Of a stretch of DNA of 64,000 nt, positions 61,209 to 64,000 are shown piece by piece. Positions within the stretch are counted from its first letter, which is position 1, and every line of letters begins with the position of its first letter. The translations under genes were made by a program, and so were the position numbers. The notes under the pieces were generated by a model. That model was not told the origin of the DNA. It did not search any database and worked only from the letters and a program-made list of their open reading frames with translations. The stretch lies in contig JBAZRH010000001.1 in NCBI GenBank assembly GCA_041663045.1, positions 212,403 to 276,402 on the forward strand. The letters run 5' to 3'. The DNA is from Minisyncoccota bacterium (GTDB lineage: Bacteria; Patescibacteriota; Minisyncoccia; Phycocordibacterales; GWA1-40-21).

Positions 61209-61916
61209 TTAAGGTTTACGACGCAGGAATAGGAAGCGACGATGAGCAAAGAATTTACTATGAGGATGGCAAATACATGTAAGCAAATATAACTCCCCAC
61301 GCACATCACAATTCACAGTAAATACTTTGAGATAATTCTCTGAGTCAAGCATAGCTTCCATTGCCACCACAACACTTGTACCACTAGGCATGTCTTCTTT
61401 GAGCTGCAAGTACAGTTGGGGACCGACTTCGGCTGGACACATATCTAGACCGAGCATTAATGCACGCTTACACGTGTCCATATAGTAAGCACCGTCTTTA
61501 AAACCAAGTTGCTCATTACTAACATTGACTAATTCTACATCTTGTTCGGTCCCACTCACTCTGAAGGCAGGACTGTGGATAATGTCTTTCACCATTCTAT
61601 CCATATCTAAACCTTCATTCTTAAAAACTTGACAAAACGCCTCGGCAGTATATATAGTGCCGATCTTTATTATTTTCCACGTCTTCCATACCTCGGAAGT
61701 CTTGGCAACAACTTCATCACGCAGGAAAAGTTTGAACATTTTCAAAAACTCCCCTGTTTTGTCCGCATTCAGCTTCCGCAGGAAATCGTATATCAGGCCA
61801 AGGACTTCGTCCCCAACCTTCACGAGTTCCGCGAGCACATTCCTGAGCATGTTATTCATGGTCAGTTTCCTTTTCTTTTTTTGTATGCCGTCCATTACTC
61901 TTTGGCGTTGTGCCAA
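61209..61916 (-). CDS. Hypothetical protein (start uncertain)
   Basis: Long ORF with GL..CPAEVGPQL motif; TTGACA promoter upstream. Confidence 0.7.
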   Translation of the reverse strand: MAQRQRVMDGIQKKKRKLTMNNMLRNVLAELVKVGDEVLGLIYDFLRKLNADKTGEFLKMFKLFLRDEVVAKTSEVWKTWKIIKIGTIYTAEAFCQVFKNEGLDMDRMVKDIIHSPAFRVSGTEQDVELVNVSNEQLGFKDGAYYMDTCKRALMLGLDMCPAEVGPQLYLQLKEDMPSGTSVVVAMEAMLDSENYLKVFTVNCDVRGELYLLTCICHPHSKFFAHRRFLFLRRKP

Positions 61917-62042
61917 AAATATAACGGAGAGCGACTATCTATTTGCATTATACACCTTCTATATTACTATGTCAAATAATTTAATTTTAAATACCATATC
62001 AGCTATAGCTGATATGGTATTTAAGTAATTCTGCTATTGAAA

Positions 62043-62966
62043 TTAAATTCTATCCTTACCTATTCTGATTCTCTTGATATTCAGTGCTAAAGCTGGAATA
62101 CCTACTTTCTCCCCTATCGCATTTGCCAAGCTTCGCATATATGTACCACTTGTACAGGAGACTTTTATGGTGATAGTTTGAAAATTATCAAGGACGGTCC
62201 TTGATAAAGCTGATTCCCATGATTTTAAGATTTCTTTTTGGCGGAAATCGCCGGAAACTAGTGCGATAGATTCTTTTACAGATTTTTCAAATTCAGATTT
62301 TGAAATTGAACTTTCCTTTAATAATTCAATGTTTTTGATTTCAACATCTTTTGAGGGGATTTCGTCGGGGTCCAAGTTTCCGCTTTTCGCGTGAGCGAAA
62401 AGCGGAATACCGTTTACGGTCTTTGAAGAAAATGGCGGATATTTTTGAGAAAATCTGCCGACAAAGCTCTTTAATATACCGTCGAGCTTGGCGAGCGAGA
62501 TACTGCCCTTTCCGGAAACTTGCGAGGCTGGCTGAGCCGAGCACGAGGAATTTTTTAGCAAAAAAATATCCGTGTTCCGGAAAGGGCAGTATCGAGCGAG
62601 CCAATTATGTGCGATTCTAAAAGAAGACATTATTGAGCGAACAAGAATCCCTGGATCCCCGCATTCGCGAGGATGACAGACCGGGGAGGAATTAACCAAA
62701 CCCAATACATCAAAACTATCCGTCGCAAAGCCAAAAAGCACAGTTACTTCGTATTCTTTATCAAGCCCTAAATATTTATCTTTATTTTTACATTCTTCAC
62801 CAACAAGCACGAGAAGTATGCCCTCAGCGAGTGGATCAAGACGCCCAGCATAGGTCATCTTGTCATCTTTGTATTCAGGATTCGCCAATTTAAATCTATT
62901 CAAACATTCAAGAGGCGTTTCTCCCCTCTTTTTATATAATTTTAAGACACTTTGTTTTGGTATCAT
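62043..62966 (-). CDS. truB: tRNA pseudouridine(55) synthase-like with ~65-aa insertion
   Basis: AGRLDPLAEG.L, K.Y, TDS.D..G, Q.YP.FSS, SGTYMRSL. Confidence 0.88.
   Translation of the reverse strand: MIPKQSVLKLYKKRGETPLECLNRFKLANPEYKDDKMTYAGRLDPLAEGILLVLVGEECKNKDKYLGLDKEYEVTVLFGFATDSFDVLGLVNSSPVCHPRECGDPGILVRSIMSSFRIAHNWLARYCPFRNTDIFLLKNSSCSAQPASQVSGKGSISLAKLDGILKSFVGRFSQKYPPFSSKTVNGIPLFAHAKSGNLDPDEIPSKDVEIKNIELLKESSISKSEFEKSVKESIALVSGDFRQKEILKSWESALSRTVLDNFQTITIKVSCTSGTYMRSLANAIGEKVGIPALALNIKRIRIGKDRI
62491..62680. repeat. Composite palindromic insertion in truB
   Basis: Perfect 19-bp arms (62499-62517 / 62575-62593) plus TGGATCCCCGCATTCGCGAGGATGACAGA (62652-62680). Confidence 0.8.
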
Positions 62967-63001
62967 AATTTGATAGAATACTAACTGATATGAATAAAAA
63001 C

Positions 63002-63110
63002 ACCCCGTAAAGAATTTTTTAGAAATTATTCATTATGGTAATATATTATATCTATATCAATAAACAAACATTATGTCAAAAACAAAGCAAGGTGAAAATT
63101 CAGACGGGGC
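63002..63110 (+). mobile_element. MITE-like element overlapping the hisS upstream region and start
   Basis: ACCCCGTAAAGAATTTT...AAAATTCAGACGGGGC; homologous to 971-1075. Confidence 0.7.
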
Positions 63111-64000
63111 AAGCAAACAAAAAATAAGCACCGAGCCGTACAAAGGCGTTCGCGACTTTTATCCTGCCGATATGGCAGTTCAAACCTATATATTCAACAC
63201 TATGCGAAAAGTTGCAGAAAGTTTTGGATATAGCGAATACGGCGCATCCGTCCTTGAACCGGCAGATTTGTACAGAGCTAAATCCGGCGAAGAGATAGTA
63301 AATGAGCAAACCTACACTTTCAAAGACAAAGGCGACAGAGATGTATCTCTAAGACCAGAAATGACACCAACTCTCGCAAGAATGATAGCTGGCAAACTCA
63401 AAGAATTCTCCTTCCCTCTTCGTTGGTATTCTATTCCAAATCTTTTCAGATACGAACAACCGCAAAAAGGTAGGACACGCGAACATTGGCAACTCAATGT
63501 AGATATTTTCGGCGTAAAAAACATAAATGCAGATGTTGAGGTTATTGCTATGGCAAGCGATATTATGAAAGCTTTTGGTCTGAAAGATACGGATTTTGAG
63601 ATAAGAATAAATAGCAGAAAGATAGTAAATTATATATTGAATGATGTTTTTGCCCTATCTCCAGAAGTCACACAGAGAGTTTCCAAGCTTATAGACAAGA
63701 AAGAAAAGATGGATGCCAAAGAATTTAAAGCCGGAATACAAGAATTCATCCCTGAAAGAAGCTCCGAATTCCTAACACTCATAGATTCCAAAAATTTTGA
63801 AGAATTTATATCAAAACTTCCGAAGACCGCGAGCGAGCAAGAGGACGTGGCTGAAATCAAAGAACTTATAGAAAGACTAGAAAAACTCGGCATCACAAAT
63901 ACAGTATTCAGCCAGAGCTTAATGCGTGGTTTTGATTATTACACGGGGATTATTTTTGAAGTTTTCAGCACAAGCCAAGAAAACAGACGCGCAATATTTG
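63073..64000 (+). CDS. hisS: Histidine--tRNA ligase (5' part, runs off the window)
   Basis: Manual translation: KGVRDFYP, LRPEMTP, FRYEQPQKGRTREHWQ, RGFDYYTG. Confidence 0.96.
   Translation, partial: MSKTKQGENSDGASKQKISTEPYKGVRDFYPADMAVQTYIFNTMRKVAESFGYSEYGASVLEPADLYRAKSGEEIVNEQTYTFKDKGDRDVSLRPEMTPTLARMIAGKLKEFSFPLRWYSIPNLFRYEQPQKGRTREHWQLNVDIFGVKNINADVEVIAMASDIMKAFGLKDTDFEIRINSRKIVNYILNDVFALSPEVTQRVSKLIDKKEKMDAKEFKAGIQEFIPERSSEFLTLIDSKNFEEFISKLPKTASEQEDVAEIKELIERLEKLGITNTVFSQSLMRGFDYYTGIIFEVFSTSQENRRAIF

Overview
AT-rich, gene-dense chromosomal window that looks like a small-genome Patescibacteria (CPR, Parcubacteria-like) bacterium. That assignment is inferred from gene content, membrane-anchored Clp, PEP-utiliser paralogues and leaderless genes. 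Standard genetic code (TGA is a stop). Core genes: uvrA (partial), uvrB, tgt, dnaX, dus, def x2, fmt, hpf, typA, truB, hisS (partial), xfp-ackA, a DEAD-box helicase, tRNA-Gln(TTG) and tRNA-Asn(GTT). Accessory content: an ApbE/MsrQ-like flavinylation module with rubredoxin, three tandem phospho-His swivel-domain genes with a kinase-like gene and a histidine phosphatase, an AbiJ-like island beside tRNA-Gln, decayed purH/purL, and many orphan cassettes. Most unusual signals: (1) a 1.9 kb 'empty' region (35.8-37.7 kb) that resolves into four tandem minus-strand promoter-to-terminator units carrying structured RNA and SD-led micro-ORFs, two sharing MKxHxxPxAGP; (2) the same tRNA-3'-mimicking element behind both tRNAs; (3) one ~105-bp inverted-repeat element supplying the start codon and first codons of both uvrA and hisS; (4) in-frame palindromic insertions in uvrB, tgt, dnaX, dus and truB. 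Everything was read by eye; no searches or folding were run.
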